From a virus (taxonomy: Duplodnaviria; Caudoviricetes): a stretch of 46,029 nt of DNA. The position numbers were made by a program, and so were the translations under genes. The stretch's first letter is position 1. Each line of letters begins with the position of its first letter. The notes beneath the pieces are model-generated. The model was not told the origin of the DNA. It was given only the letters and a program-made list of their open reading frames with translations, and searched no databases. Below, in pieces: positions 7,934-18,000 of this stretch. Where the stretch lies: the IMG/VR virus record IMGVR_UViG_3300037962_000510, positions 1 to 46,029 of that record. One strand, written 5' to 3'.

Positions 7934-10719
7934 TGTCTTTCGGTACGGGCGGTGGATTTTCTGGTCCTCCCAATATTGCCCCTGAGCTAGATAAATGGTT
8001 CGCTCAGATCAGAGCGCACATGGAAAATGCGTTCGACCAAGATTTAAATTTCGCAGGCGGGTCTGGCACGGGCTCAGTAGACATAGACACCCAGACGTTT
8101 ACAATCGCTGGAACGGCCAATGAGATTGATACGAGTGCTTCTGGGCAGACTCTTACTGTAGGTTTGCCCGCATCTGTAACCGTTACTACACTTCTTACCG
8201 CACCCACACTTGACGCTACTAATCTTGAGGTCACAAATCTCAAGGCTAAAGACGGTACTGCGGCTGGTTCTATCGCTAACTCAACAGGTGTGGTAACTCT
8301 TGCCAGTTCTGTTCTAACAACTACAGATATCAATGGAGGTACAATTGATGGTGCTGTTATCGGAGGAGCATCGGCTGCTGCAATTACAGGTACGACTATT
8401 ACTGCATCGACAGCCTTTGTACCAAATGCGGCAGATGGAGCATCCTTAGGTACAGCTTCTCTTGAGTTCAGCGATCTGTATCTAGCCGATGGTGCTGTCA
8501 TCCAATTCGGTCATGATCAAGACGTATCTTTAACGCACGTACCAGATAGTGGGTTACTGCTAAGCGGTACGAGACAGTTGCAATTCTATGATGCTTCTCA
8601 GCGTATTGCTGCATCAAGTGACACGGTTATGACTATTGCCGCCACGGATGAGATCGGCCTCACATCTACACTAATAGATGTGGATGGTAATATAGATGTG
8701 TCGGGCACGATAGTTGGGGCCAGTACTATTAGTGCAGGTACAGCCTTTGTCCCCGATGCGTCAGACGGTACCACTCTTGGCACAGCGGCTTTAGAGTTTA
8801 GTGACCTGTACTTGGCAGATGCCGGGGTTATTTATTTCGGGGACGACCAAGACGTATCCCTGACTCATGTCCCAGATACAGGCTTGCTGCTGAACGGCGG
8901 GATGCAGTTACAGTTTAATGATGCGTCACAACGCATAGCCGCTTCATCGGCAACAGTTTTGTCCATTGGCGCGACAGACGAAATCGATCTTCAGGCAACT
9001 GCAATAGATATAAACGGTACAGTAGATATTTCAGGTGCTGCTGTACTGGCTACAAGCCTGAACATCGCAGGTGACGGTGCGACTGTGACGGGTATTAAGG
9101 ATGAGGATGATCTTGGAGGTGGTTCCTCCAGTGCGACTAAGCTAGCGACACAGCAGTCCATCAAGGCGTATGTGGATTCTGTTACTCCTGCCGCTATTAC
9201 TGCTAGTACGGGTCTAGAAAGATCAAGTAATGACATCCGTGTTAAGGTGTCTGGTACGGGCAACCTTGTAGATGCTATGGCATCTGGGACTCCTGTAGCT
9301 GCAGATGCTTTTATATTCGAAGACGCTGACGATAGTACAGTTAAAGAAGCTGCGATCTCAAGTCTACCTTTTGTGACTGGAGTAACCGCTGGAGCAGGCC
9401 TCGCAAAAAGTGGAACCTTAGCTCCTACGTTATCGGTTAACGCGGCAGATGGAGTACAAGTCACAGGCGACAATGTTCAGCTAGATGTAGGTGGGCTTAC
9501 TAATGCAGCACCTGTGGCCGCAGACTCACTTGTGTACTATGATAATTCTGCTTCGGCTCATAAAAGATCAGTTATATCCTCTGTGCCCCTGTCAATATTT
9601 AGTAATGATTCGGGGTTTGTTACGTCAGCTCTTACGACCGCTGGTGATGGGCTAACGTCGCCGTCGTCAGGAACTGTTGCTATAGATGTAGCTGGAACCG
9701 ATAACTACATACAGCAGGGTACTGATTTACAAGGAACCTCTATCGCAACGGGCGACCGGATTGCTTATGTCGATGTCGGGGATAACAACGTCAAATACGG
9801 CAACGTGTCTGATCTGCCGTTTACGGCCAACACTGGTGACATCACAGGAGTGACAGCAGGAGCTGGTCTAACTGGTGGAGGTGCCAGTGGATCCGTGACT
9901 CTGAATGCGGTTGGCACATCAAACCGCATCACAGTTAATGCAGACGATATTGATATTGCTTCGACTTACGTCGGCCAGAGTTCGATAACGACTTTAGGTA
10001 CGATTACGACCGGAGTCTGGAACGGTACCGCAATTGCTAACGCCAACCTAGCCAACTCGACTGTTAGTTACGGAGGCGTGTCGCTTGCTTTGGGGGCTTC
10101 AGATTCAACTCCAGCCTTTAACCTCAGTGATGCAACGGCTTATCCGGGAGATTCTAGCTTAGTCACTAGTGGCGCATTAAACTCTGGATCAATCACCTCC
10201 GGGTTTGGGAACATTGACGTTGGAAGCTCTAGCATAGATGGTGGCAACATCACAGCAGATGGCGATTTAGATGTCGATGGCACAGCCAATCTTGATGTGG
10301 TGGACATTGATGGGGCCGTAGACATGGCAAGTACCGTGACCATTGGCAGCCACACAACGATCGCTGGCCGCTTGGGAATCGGAACAACCACCCCAGAATC
10401 GTACTACACGACCAACCTAGTCATCGCCAACACCTCATCGGGCGGTCGGGCGGGGATGACTGTTGCTAATGCGAACGACGGCCAAGCCCGCATCGATTTT
10501 GCTGATGGAACATCGGGAGCCGCACAGTACCGTGGAACGATTTCGTACGCCCACGATTCCACTCCCGCCGATGGCTACATGAGATTCGTAGCTGGAGGCA
10601 GTGAGGCCCTGCGACTCGGCAGTAACTACATCCTTATGGCTGGTATTCCGACCTCTGATCCGGGTGTTGCTAATAGCGTATGGAATGACTCCGGTACCCT
10701 AAAAATAAGTTCAGGCTAA
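7933..10719 (+). CDS. Tail fibre protein
   Basis: 928 aa, G/S/T/A/D-rich; GGTIDG, DITGVTAGAGLTGGG and GRLGIGTTTP fibre motifs; internal duplication. Confidence 0.85.
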   Translation: MSFGTGGGFSGPPNIAPELDKWFAQIRAHMENAFDQDLNFAGGSGTGSVDIDTQTFTIAGTANEIDTSASGQTLTVGLPASVTVTTLLTAPTLDATNLEVTNLKAKDGTAAGSIANSTGVVTLASSVLTTTDINGGTIDGAVIGGASAAAITGTTITASTAFVPNAADGASLGTASLEFSDLYLADGAVIQFGHDQDVSLTHVPDSGLLLSGTRQLQFYDASQRIAASSDTVMTIAATDEIGLTSTLIDVDGNIDVSGTIVGASTISAGTAFVPDASDGTTLGTAALEFSDLYLADAGVIYFGDDQDVSLTHVPDTGLLLNGGMQLQFNDASQRIAASSATVLSIGATDEIDLQATAIDINGTVDISGAAVLATSLNIAGDGATVTGIKDEDDLGGGSSSATKLATQQSIKAYVDSVTPAAITASTGLERSSNDIRVKVSGTGNLVDAMASGTPVAADAFIFEDADDSTVKEAAISSLPFVTGVTAGAGLAKSGTLAPTLSVNAADGVQVTGDNVQLDVGGLTNAAPVAADSLVYYDNSASAHKRSVISSVPLSIFSNDSGFVTSALTTAGDGLTSPSSGTVAIDVAGTDNYIQQGTDLQGTSIATGDRIAYVDVGDNNVKYGNVSDLPFTANTGDITGVTAGAGLTGGGASGSVTLNAVGTSNRITVNADDIDIASTYVGQSSITTLGTITTGVWNGTAIANANLANSTVSYGGVSLALGASDSTPAFNLSDATAYPGDSSLVTSGALNSGSITSGFGNIDVGSSSIDGGNITADGDLDVDGTANLDVVDIDGAVDMASTVTIGSHTTIAGRLGIGTTTPESYYTTNLVIANTSSGGRAGMTVANANDGQARIDFADGTSGAAQYRGTISYAHDSTPADGYMRFVAGGSEALRLGSNYILMAGIPTSDPGVANSVWNDSGTLKISSG
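8410..9035 (+). repeat. Internal tandem duplication in the tail fibre (330-bp / 110-aa period)
   Basis: TAFVPNAADGASLGTASLEFSDLYLADG...DQDVSLTHVPDSGLLL at 8410 and TAFVPDASDGTTLGTAALEFSDLYLADA...DQDVSLTHVPDTGLLL at 8740. Confidence 0.9.
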
Positions 10720-10720
10720 A

Positions 10721-11077
10721 ATGGCACTTACATGGAAGATTGACACGATGGAAGTGACCTACACTGAAGGTGGTTTATCAGATGTGGTCACCTCGATCGC
10801 GTGGCGAGTTATAGCAACAGATGGTACGTTTGTTGATCCAGACGGCATGACAAGGCCTTTGTCTTCATCAACCGTAGGTTCAGTCACAATTACACAGCCC
10901 GATCCCAATGACTTTACTCCCTATGCGGACATTGTGGAGTCGCAAGCTGTTGAGTGGGCTAAAGATGCGCTTGGCGAGGAACGGGTGGCAGCTCTTGAGG
11001 CACAGGTAAACTCAGAGGTAGAAGAATTAAAGACACCAACTAGCGGGACTCCGGCCCTGCCGTGGGAAAATGAATAA
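10721..11077 (+). CDS. Tail-fibre-associated protein (possible chaperone)
   Basis: TWKIDTME...DVVTSIAWRV...DFTPYADI...WAK...LPW pattern common downstream of fibres in aquatic phages. Confidence 0.65.
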   Translation: MALTWKIDTMEVTYTEGGLSDVVTSIAWRVIATDGTFVDPDGMTRPLSSSTVGSVTITQPDPNDFTPYADIVESQAVEWAKDALGEERVAALEAQVNSEVEELKTPTSGTPALPWENE

Positions 11078-11379
11078 TGAATACACTTGATGATGTAACA
11101 TTTTCAAAATCAACTGGCGTTAAAGTAACTGTGGGTGCCATTGTAGCTTTGGTTGCCTTCTCAGTGTTCATTGATCGTAGGTTTGGTGCGCTAGAATCCA
11201 CATCAGTCAGCCAAACAACCGACCTTGAAACTATGAGCCGTCGCCAAAACACATACATCGACAGGCGCAACAGTCAGCACGATGATATTGAATCAGAAAT
11301 CTCAGACATTAACGAGCGACTTGATCGTCTCTGTGAGGCCTTAGCATCTCGTGAGTCTGAGATAATATGTAATAGTTAA
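11077..11379 (+). CDS. Single-TM coiled-coil membrane protein
   Basis: Hydrophobic VTVGAIVALVAFSVFI followed by a heptad-like tail. Confidence 0.65.
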   Translation: MNTLDDVTFSKSTGVKVTVGAIVALVAFSVFIDRRFGALESTSVSQTTDLETMSRRQNTYIDRRNSQHDDIESEISDINERLDRLCEALASRESEIICNS

Positions 11380-11449
11380 ACCCTTGCATTGTAGGGGGTT
11401 TAAGTAGTATTTTTTATTGTAATTAACTTTAAGCGGATGATAGGACCCA

Positions 11450-11683
11450 ATGTCAAATATTGAATTACCAATTACAGAGAAACAATTTCAATTGATTGCA
11501 GATTCACAGGCAGCTATGGAGTCAGCTACTCAGCAGGCAAGCCTTATATTCTCTACCATACTTGCAGGCCTCGATTATCCAGAAGGCTATCAAGTCACTT
11601 CGGTAGAGACTGATAAGATTATCATGGCAAAGCCTGCCAGTGAAGATGGTGAGATTGTTACAAGCGCATACGAGGATGCATAA
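11450..11683 (+). CDS. Hypothetical protein
   Basis: AGGA SD, 77 aa, acidic. Confidence 0.7.
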   Translation: MSNIELPITEKQFQLIADSQAAMESATQQASLIFSTILAGLDYPEGYQVTSVETDKIIMAKPASEDGEIVTSAYEDA

Positions 11684-11790
11684 TGCCAGCTAAGAAAGCG
11701 TCTAAAGCAGCTAAGGCTGCTATGAAGAAGAAGCCAACCAAGAAGAAGTCTTCTGCTAAAAAGCCAGCAAAAAAGAAATACGGGTACTAG
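11683..11790 (+). CDS. 35-aa histone-H1-like Lys/Ala-rich peptide
   Basis: MPAKKASKAAKAAMKKKPTKKKSSAKKPAKKKYGY; TAATG coupling and GAGGA SD; below the ORF-track size cut-off. Confidence 0.75.
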   Translation: MPAKKASKAAKAAMKKKPTKKKSSAKKPAKKKYGY

Positions 11791-11826
11791 TAATAGTGTG
11801 GGTTTCGTCGGATGGAGCCAAAGTAG

Positions 11827-11855
11827 TTGACCTACAGTCAAACTATACATATCTT
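11827..11855 (+). promoter_or_regulatory. Sigma70-like promoter with an overlapping inverted repeat
   Basis: TTGACC-17 nt-TATCTT; TTGAC-CTACA-GTCAA palindrome over the -35 box. Confidence 0.5.
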
Positions 11856-11879
11856 TAGTTAGCGCATAACGGAGAAAAC

Positions 11880-12638
11880 ATGCCATTCCCATTTAATCAA
11901 ACTAGAAATGAGGGAGGCGAATCATATCAGCAAATGACTCGTGTTCCTAATGCAGTGAGACAACAGCAAAGGAATCGCTCTCTGCCGGGGGTCCTCACTA
12001 GTCAGTTTGAGCCCGAGCTTGGAAGAATTGATGCAGCACTGCCCGGCCTTGAAGAACTTCTTTTAGGTCAAATTAATGCACCTATAGATTATTCTGCCTT
12101 TAAGGCCCCGCTGGAAGATTTTGCTGGAGGTTTAACTAAAGAGTTATATGGTCCGGGTGGGTATGTAGAAGAAGCAACTCAAGGAGCCCTAGGGATGACC
12201 CAAAAAACGGGCTTTGGTCCTACGTCTGGTGGATTTGATAGGGCTAGGTTGAACATCCTTGGTGGGGCTAACGATCAGTTTGCTAATGCTCTGTCAGGCA
12301 AAGCAGTAGAGCTTGCGAATCTAGCTAGCAGCACTCGTGATAGTAATATTCGAAACCTCTTGGCCTATACAGGCAACCTCCAAGCAAGGCGTGATGATTA
12401 TGCCACAAGCCTATTCACTGGTAGGCAGGCTATAAATCAATATGGAATGGACCGAAACATTTTCGACCTCAATAGACGAATGGTAGAAAACGCTCTAAAG
12501 GAAGGTGGTTGGCAGGATAGAATTTTCAATACTCTAAGTGGGGCTGCCGAAGGCGCTATCATAGGCTCTATGACTGGTGGTCCGGGTGCTATACCGGGTG
12601 CAATATACGGTGGTATCTCTGGCGCAACTGGCGGTTAA
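11880..12638 (+). CDS. Putative ejection / internal virion protein
   Basis: Q/N/G-rich helical protein with a C-terminal Gly-zipper (GAAEGAIIGSMTGGPGAIPGAIYGGISG); position after the fibre. Confidence 0.6.
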   Translation: MPFPFNQTRNEGGESYQQMTRVPNAVRQQQRNRSLPGVLTSQFEPELGRIDAALPGLEELLLGQINAPIDYSAFKAPLEDFAGGLTKELYGPGGYVEEATQGALGMTQKTGFGPTSGGFDRARLNILGGANDQFANALSGKAVELANLASSTRDSNIRNLLAYTGNLQARRDDYATSLFTGRQAINQYGMDRNIFDLNRRMVENALKEGGWQDRIFNTLSGAAEGAIIGSMTGGPGAIPGAIYGGISGATGG

Positions 12639-12641
12639 CAT

Positions 12642-12881
12642 ATGGCTCTATCAGTGCTCGCCCGACTTATGCGTCAAGGGGCGTTTGAGAAATTCAATAC
12701 CGGGGAAAAAGGTCCGAGAACAAATCCCAATCCTCCGGCCTTGAAGGGCTTCACGAGAGGAACTCTTGGAACTCTCGGGAGTACGGTAGGTCCTGCTACA
12801 AGAAATTCAGATGCAGGGGAACAGAGAGACAGGCAGACCTTGAGTCCTATAATTGAAGCTTACATGAGTAAGAGAGTATAA
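12642..12881 (+). CDS. Small hypothetical protein (ejection module)
   Basis: 79 aa, coupled to the next ORF. Confidence 0.6.
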   Translation: MALSVLARLMRQGAFEKFNTGEKGPRTNPNPPALKGFTRGTLGTLGSTVGPATRNSDAGEQRDRQTLSPIIEAYMSKRV

Positions 12882-13201
12882 TGGCTATTCAAGCACCTAC
12901 AGGGCCGGGAATAAGGCTTATGAGCCCTCGTGAGCTTCTTGATCAGGATAGTAATAACAATAATATGTTTAGAGATTATCTTCAGTATCAGAGACGTATG
13001 CCATTACCAGAGCCTGAAGAAGTACCTGAAGACCCTGAACTTACTAGGCTCAAGAGAGAAATGCTAGATGAGGAATTAAGCCGGATGATTACTCCGGCTC
13101 GGGTTCTAGATCGTCAATATTATATAGATGCCTTGATGGGCGGCGGTGTACCCAAGGTGGTTCCAACACCACCGCCGGTAAGCCCTTTGTTCGGGTTATA
13201 G
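12881..13201 (+). CDS. Small Pro-rich protein sharing its N-terminus with the next gene
   Basis: MAIQAPTGPGIRLMSPRELL vs MPIQPPRGAGVQLLSPASLL. Confidence 0.7.
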   Translation: MAIQAPTGPGIRLMSPRELLDQDSNNNNMFRDYLQYQRRMPLPEPEEVPEDPELTRLKREMLDEELSRMITPARVLDRQYYIDALMGGGVPKVVPTPPPVSPLFGL

Positions 13202-13207
13202 TCTAAT

Positions 13208-15010
13208 ATGCCTATTCAACCTCCTCGTGGTGCGGGTGTACAGCTACTGTCCCCAGCAAGTCTTTTGGGATCACGCCAGCAAAGGCAGAACCCAATGGCG
13301 ACTATAATGAATCAGATGTACCAGACTCGGATGCAGGAGATGTATATGGACGCTGCTGAGGAGCGGGCTAGAATAGCTCAGCAGGGTGCAGACACGCGGT
13401 CTATAGACGCGATGGTAGCAGCGGGGCAGTTACATCGGAAAGAGGACGTAGATCTAGAGAGATACACACTGCCCGGAGAAGAGGGAGCACGCACTCCTAT
13501 TAAACTTCCTGAAGTGACATTGAATTACGGTATAGGGGATGAGAGGCAGCAACGAACCTATATAAGAGGATCAGATATAAGTGCTGCCCAGAATGCGATA
13601 CACATGGCCGGCCCTGCAGGTGAAGGATTTTTTGACGATGTAACTCGGGGCGATATTGTAGCAGCCGCTGGGTCTAGGTCTGCCGCTACAGGTGGTGTAG
13701 CTAGTACAATAGGTGATGTAAGGGGTAGCACAGGAGCATCAGCTTCCCAAGATACTCTAAACCAATATAGGATTGGCGATAAAGAGCTAACCATAGGTCG
13801 CCTTGAGTCCCTACTGAATGATCCTGAAGAAGGAGGCTTTAGAGGTAGTCGTCTTTTGAGTGCCGATGCGAATATAATCCAAAACGAAATTGACCGAATT
13901 AAAGGTGATGATAGATTCACTAGGGCTGAGCAGCTGGAAGTAATGGACCGCTTCGGGCCATCACAAATTGATGCTATGCATGATAATTTCTTTGAGATGG
14001 TTAAAGAGAACGCTAAGTGGGACTCAGAAGTGGGTAGTACAATACTGGACTATACGGAAAATTACCAAGTTGTGGAGACACGCCCTGATGGAAGCATACA
14101 TGCGAGAGATCTGAACCTACCTGAGGCTGCTTACTTGGCAGCTTACAAGACAGCAAGGCATGATAATGATATCTTTGCCAATGTCACCCCAGAAGAGATA
14201 CAGGACTTTGTTGGGGCGTTCAGTGCAAATGTCCGTAAACGCACAACGGTTGCGGATGTGGCGACGGAACTTTCGGAAGCTATATCTAATATAGGTTTAG
14301 GCCAAGGCCCACTTGCTAACAATTTCGTACAAGTAATGAACTCCAGAATCTTTGGAGAGGGTAACGAGGTTCTAAATTCTAGATTATTTTCCGAAATTTC
14401 AGACGCTATGGGCGTAGATCTGAACCGACAAAACATGGCTCAATGGATGCGGTCACCGGCATCTTTCAACCACAGAGCTGCATTTGCCCTGTATAGTCGG
14501 GGATACCAGACGAGGAGTGAGTTTGAAAGAAACTATCTGAATGTGGGTGGAAAGATTAACTTTGGCATGGACGGAGTATCAGAAGCGGCTGAAGATATAA
14601 TCCCCGGCTTTAATGATTCAGATGGTATCGGAACTCCGCGTCAGACATCCGGCACTGGAAGTTTTAACTCTATGTCTGCAGAGGATAGAGCTAAAGCTGT
14701 CGCAGACAGACGGGAGGTTTGGAATGGAGCCCTAACAGGAGTATTTAATAATATACCCCAAGATTCTATACAAGGAATAGATAGGACATTCAATTTACCG
14801 CATGAGGATGTTGTAAGGTCTATAAGCGGAACAGTGGAAACTTTAGATTCTATCGCTGCTGATGCTGGCACCCCACAGGAAGAAAAACAGGAGGCCCAAA
14901 GAATGTCAACTGTGTACAAAACTTTATTGGAGGTCATTGAAACACCAGAAGGCCTTTCAATATTTTTAAACGATATATGGAATCCTTGGCTTGAACAAAC
15001 CTTTAGATAG
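13208..15010 (+). CDS. Putative ejection / internal virion protein
   Basis: 600 aa, Q/M-rich N-terminus, helical; immediately upstream of the giant protein as in podoviral ejectosomes. Confidence 0.6.
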   Translation: MPIQPPRGAGVQLLSPASLLGSRQQRQNPMATIMNQMYQTRMQEMYMDAAEERARIAQQGADTRSIDAMVAAGQLHRKEDVDLERYTLPGEEGARTPIKLPEVTLNYGIGDERQQRTYIRGSDISAAQNAIHMAGPAGEGFFDDVTRGDIVAAAGSRSAATGGVASTIGDVRGSTGASASQDTLNQYRIGDKELTIGRLESLLNDPEEGGFRGSRLLSADANIIQNEIDRIKGDDRFTRAEQLEVMDRFGPSQIDAMHDNFFEMVKENAKWDSEVGSTILDYTENYQVVETRPDGSIHARDLNLPEAAYLAAYKTARHDNDIFANVTPEEIQDFVGAFSANVRKRTTVADVATELSEAISNIGLGQGPLANNFVQVMNSRIFGEGNEVLNSRLFSEISDAMGVDLNRQNMAQWMRSPASFNHRAAFALYSRGYQTRSEFERNYLNVGGKINFGMDGVSEAAEDIIPGFNDSDGIGTPRQTSGTGSFNSMSAEDRAKAVADRREVWNGALTGVFNNIPQDSIQGIDRTFNLPHEDVVRSISGTVETLDSIAADAGTPQEEKQEAQRMSTVYKTLLEVIETPEGLSIFLNDIWNPWLEQTFR

Positions 15011-15013
15011 ATA

Positions 15014-18000
15014 ATGTCATCAAAGAATCCTTGGATTCCTAGCCTTCTTCTTGAACGCCATAGGAACACATACCTTGATGAGGAAGAGAGGCGTTTTCAG
15101 GAGCAGCAAGAACGCCCTTCTGGCCCCTCCCTTGAAGATTACGACAGATGGATGTCTACTCTTGGGAATCTTGCATATCAGACTGATGAAGAAAATCCAT
15201 TTAAGGGTGTAAGCCCTAGTCAGGTATCCCGTGATCCCGGTGAATCCCCTCTAGCGAACCGTGTATCATCTGATGCCAGTGTATTGAGTTCGGCTCTTAC
15301 GGGCCAGCAAGAGCAACAGGACCTATGGGAAAGAGTCCAAGCTGCAGAGGCTGAACGAGCTGCAGACCCAAAGCCTTACGGGTATAGGGAGCTAGAAGGA
15401 CCTGTTGATGCATTTAAAAATGGGCTCGCTCAAGGCATAGACTTAGCTTCCGTCGCGGCAGCAACAGCTATTCGGGAAGGTGGGCAAATGTTAGGGGATG
15501 AGAGCCTTGAGCAATTTGGGGATGTCGCACGGCGGAAAATTATTGCGGATTTTGAATACCTCCAAGGGGCCAATGCTGATACAAAAGCAGAATGGTTTAT
15601 GCAGACCTTAGGACAAACAGCCCCTATGGTATTTGCAGCGGTTGGTACAGGAATCCTTGGCGGGAAGGCAGCGGCAGCAGTAGCCCCAGCTTTAGGGATG
15701 GGAGCTATGGCAACTCGGATAGCGAAAACCTTTGGTGCGTGGGGCGGAGCTTTTACTTCGTTCTATCCTATGGAGCTGGGTATGTTACAGCACCAATTTG
15801 AAGGGTTGGAAAGAGCCGATGGTTCTATTGTCACTGCTGAGGAGGCGGAGCAGGAAGCTGCCATACCTGCAGCCGAGATAGCTGCTATGGAATCTTTGTT
15901 TGAGGGGATAGGCTTAGCTGGTCGTTTAGCAGTAGGCCGTACGGGGGTTGGGAGAAAACTGTTCGGTGAAGAAGCAAAGAAATCTATCTACAGAAAATTA
16001 GCAGAAGCTATGATTGCCGGTGGTATTACTGAAGGTATTACCGAAGCGGCTCAGGAAGCCAGAAATATAACTGCAGAAGCAGAAGTCGTTGGCAACCCAG
16101 TCCCAACTATTTCAGAAATATTAGAGGACCCCCAGCACAGGCCCCGTATCAACGAGGCTGCTAAAGCGGGTACAGCTATGGGCGTTTTCTTCGGTGGGCT
16201 TTTCGGTGGGTACCGTGCCCTCACTGATAAAGCTGAACCTACAGAGATGGAAATTCTTCTGGAGGCATCAGAGGTTGAACGGGCTACTGCGGAGATAAAC
16301 AGTTTTGATCCTGATACAGCTCCTGTTGGGACTGAGGTAGAGACTCCTGATGGTACCAGACGGAAGATAGAAACCAAGAACGGTCAGGCCCGATGGATAC
16401 ATATAGATGAGAATGGACAGAATGCAGGGTTCGCCAAGAAGCCAACACCTCAGGAATGGCAGACTGCTCTAGATGAGCAAATAAAAGATATTCAGAACTC
16501 ACTTAATGTTGAGGAGTCAGGAGTCACACGACCACAGCAAGAACCCCCAATACCGGGAGTTCAGCCAGTAGTTGAAGGCGCTGCTGATCCTGTATTTGTT
16601 CCTGAATCCGTTAAGGCTATTAATGACCTGCATCCAGAGCAGGGTGTCGATGTAGAAGTCACACGAGCCAACATGCACCAATTAGCTTGGTCCTACAACA
16701 GGAACGCCCAACAAATTGTAAATACCAAGCCTGAAAAAGAAGTAAATAAAATACTAGAAGATCACAGGAAAATCGCCCTTGACCCGGATAACGGTGCCAC
16801 CTACGCAGAAAGACTTACAGCCCTTGGGCGCATACGGGCTATAGAGTACGCAAGGCGTAGAAATAAAGCAAAGCGACAAGACACGACCGGCGGTCAGCTC
16901 CCTCCTGAATCTTATGACATCCATATTGCTGTGCACGAAATGGCTACGTGGGATGATACAGATTTTGATCAATGGGCTGCTATTGTAGAAGCTGGCGATG
17001 ATCCTATATCAAAGCGTATACTAAGGGAAGCTCGTGTCATACGAGCAAATCAGCCTAACCTTGTTGGTACGGCCCAAGACGAAGTTGCAAAGAGACTTGA
17101 AGACATAAGAGCGAACGATACAAAAGGTCTAGCTAAAGGCTCTATTGTAACTGCACAGGACGGTAACACAGGTAAGGTTATTAACATAAGAAATTCAGGC
17201 GCTTTGGATGTAATCTTTGAAGGTGATAAGGATCCTGTTGTTGTTCTCCCTTCTGAGGTCAATGTCACTCCTCCGGTAGGGGTAAAGGTTAAGACTGATT
17301 CAGGCCAAGTAGTTACAGTAGAGCGGACAAGTGATAATAATAAATTCCTTGTCACACTTCCTGATGGCACCACTACGGTAATTGATGCAAGCACTGTTGA
17401 ATCCGCAGGGGAATCTCCTGCGGTGTCCGCCGCTTTGGATGAAGAGTTTGAGCAACAGGCAGATGAAGCCGTAAAGAAAAAGGAAGAGGAGGCAGTCCAG
17501 ATTGAACTGCCTATAGAGGTTCCAGTTGTTGACAAGCGGACTGGGAAAAAGACGAAGGCTGAAAAGATTGGACCTGATGCAGTTACTCTGGAGGACGGCA
17601 CTCAGGTAAGTATTGACGATGTAGCCATCGCTGTGGGCAGAGTATTAGAGAATGCTAGTGTTCCGGTGGCTGAGATAGAGCCTTCACCTGTGACCGATAA
17701 AAGAGAAATTCCTACATTTGTCGCGGGTACTGTTCCAAGGAAACTTGAAAAGGGCGATACGAGAGGACCGTTCCATATCAATTTCGTTCAAATACCCGAA
17801 GAAGGTGGGCATGCTCAAACTTTTGAGAACCTAGTTCTAACCAGTTCTGACGATCAGCAAACCGACGCAGTTAAAAATCTTGCTCTAGAAGACATGATTA
17901 AGGCTATCAATGACTTCGGCCTGTACCTTTTCCCCCAGCCTGCTAAAGCTGGTTATCGGACCTATGCAATAGAGGTTCGGAACTTTCATAGAGAAGCTAC

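Noticed and set aside
8410-9035. Tail-fibre duplication as a DGR template/variable repeat pair
   Set aside because: Both copies are in-frame coding, differences are mostly synonymous and not adenine-specific, and no reverse transcriptase is seen.
11378-11413. Possible promoter (TTGCAT) or terminator after 11379
   Set aside because: The -10 spacing is poor and the stem is weak; the two readings cannot be told apart.
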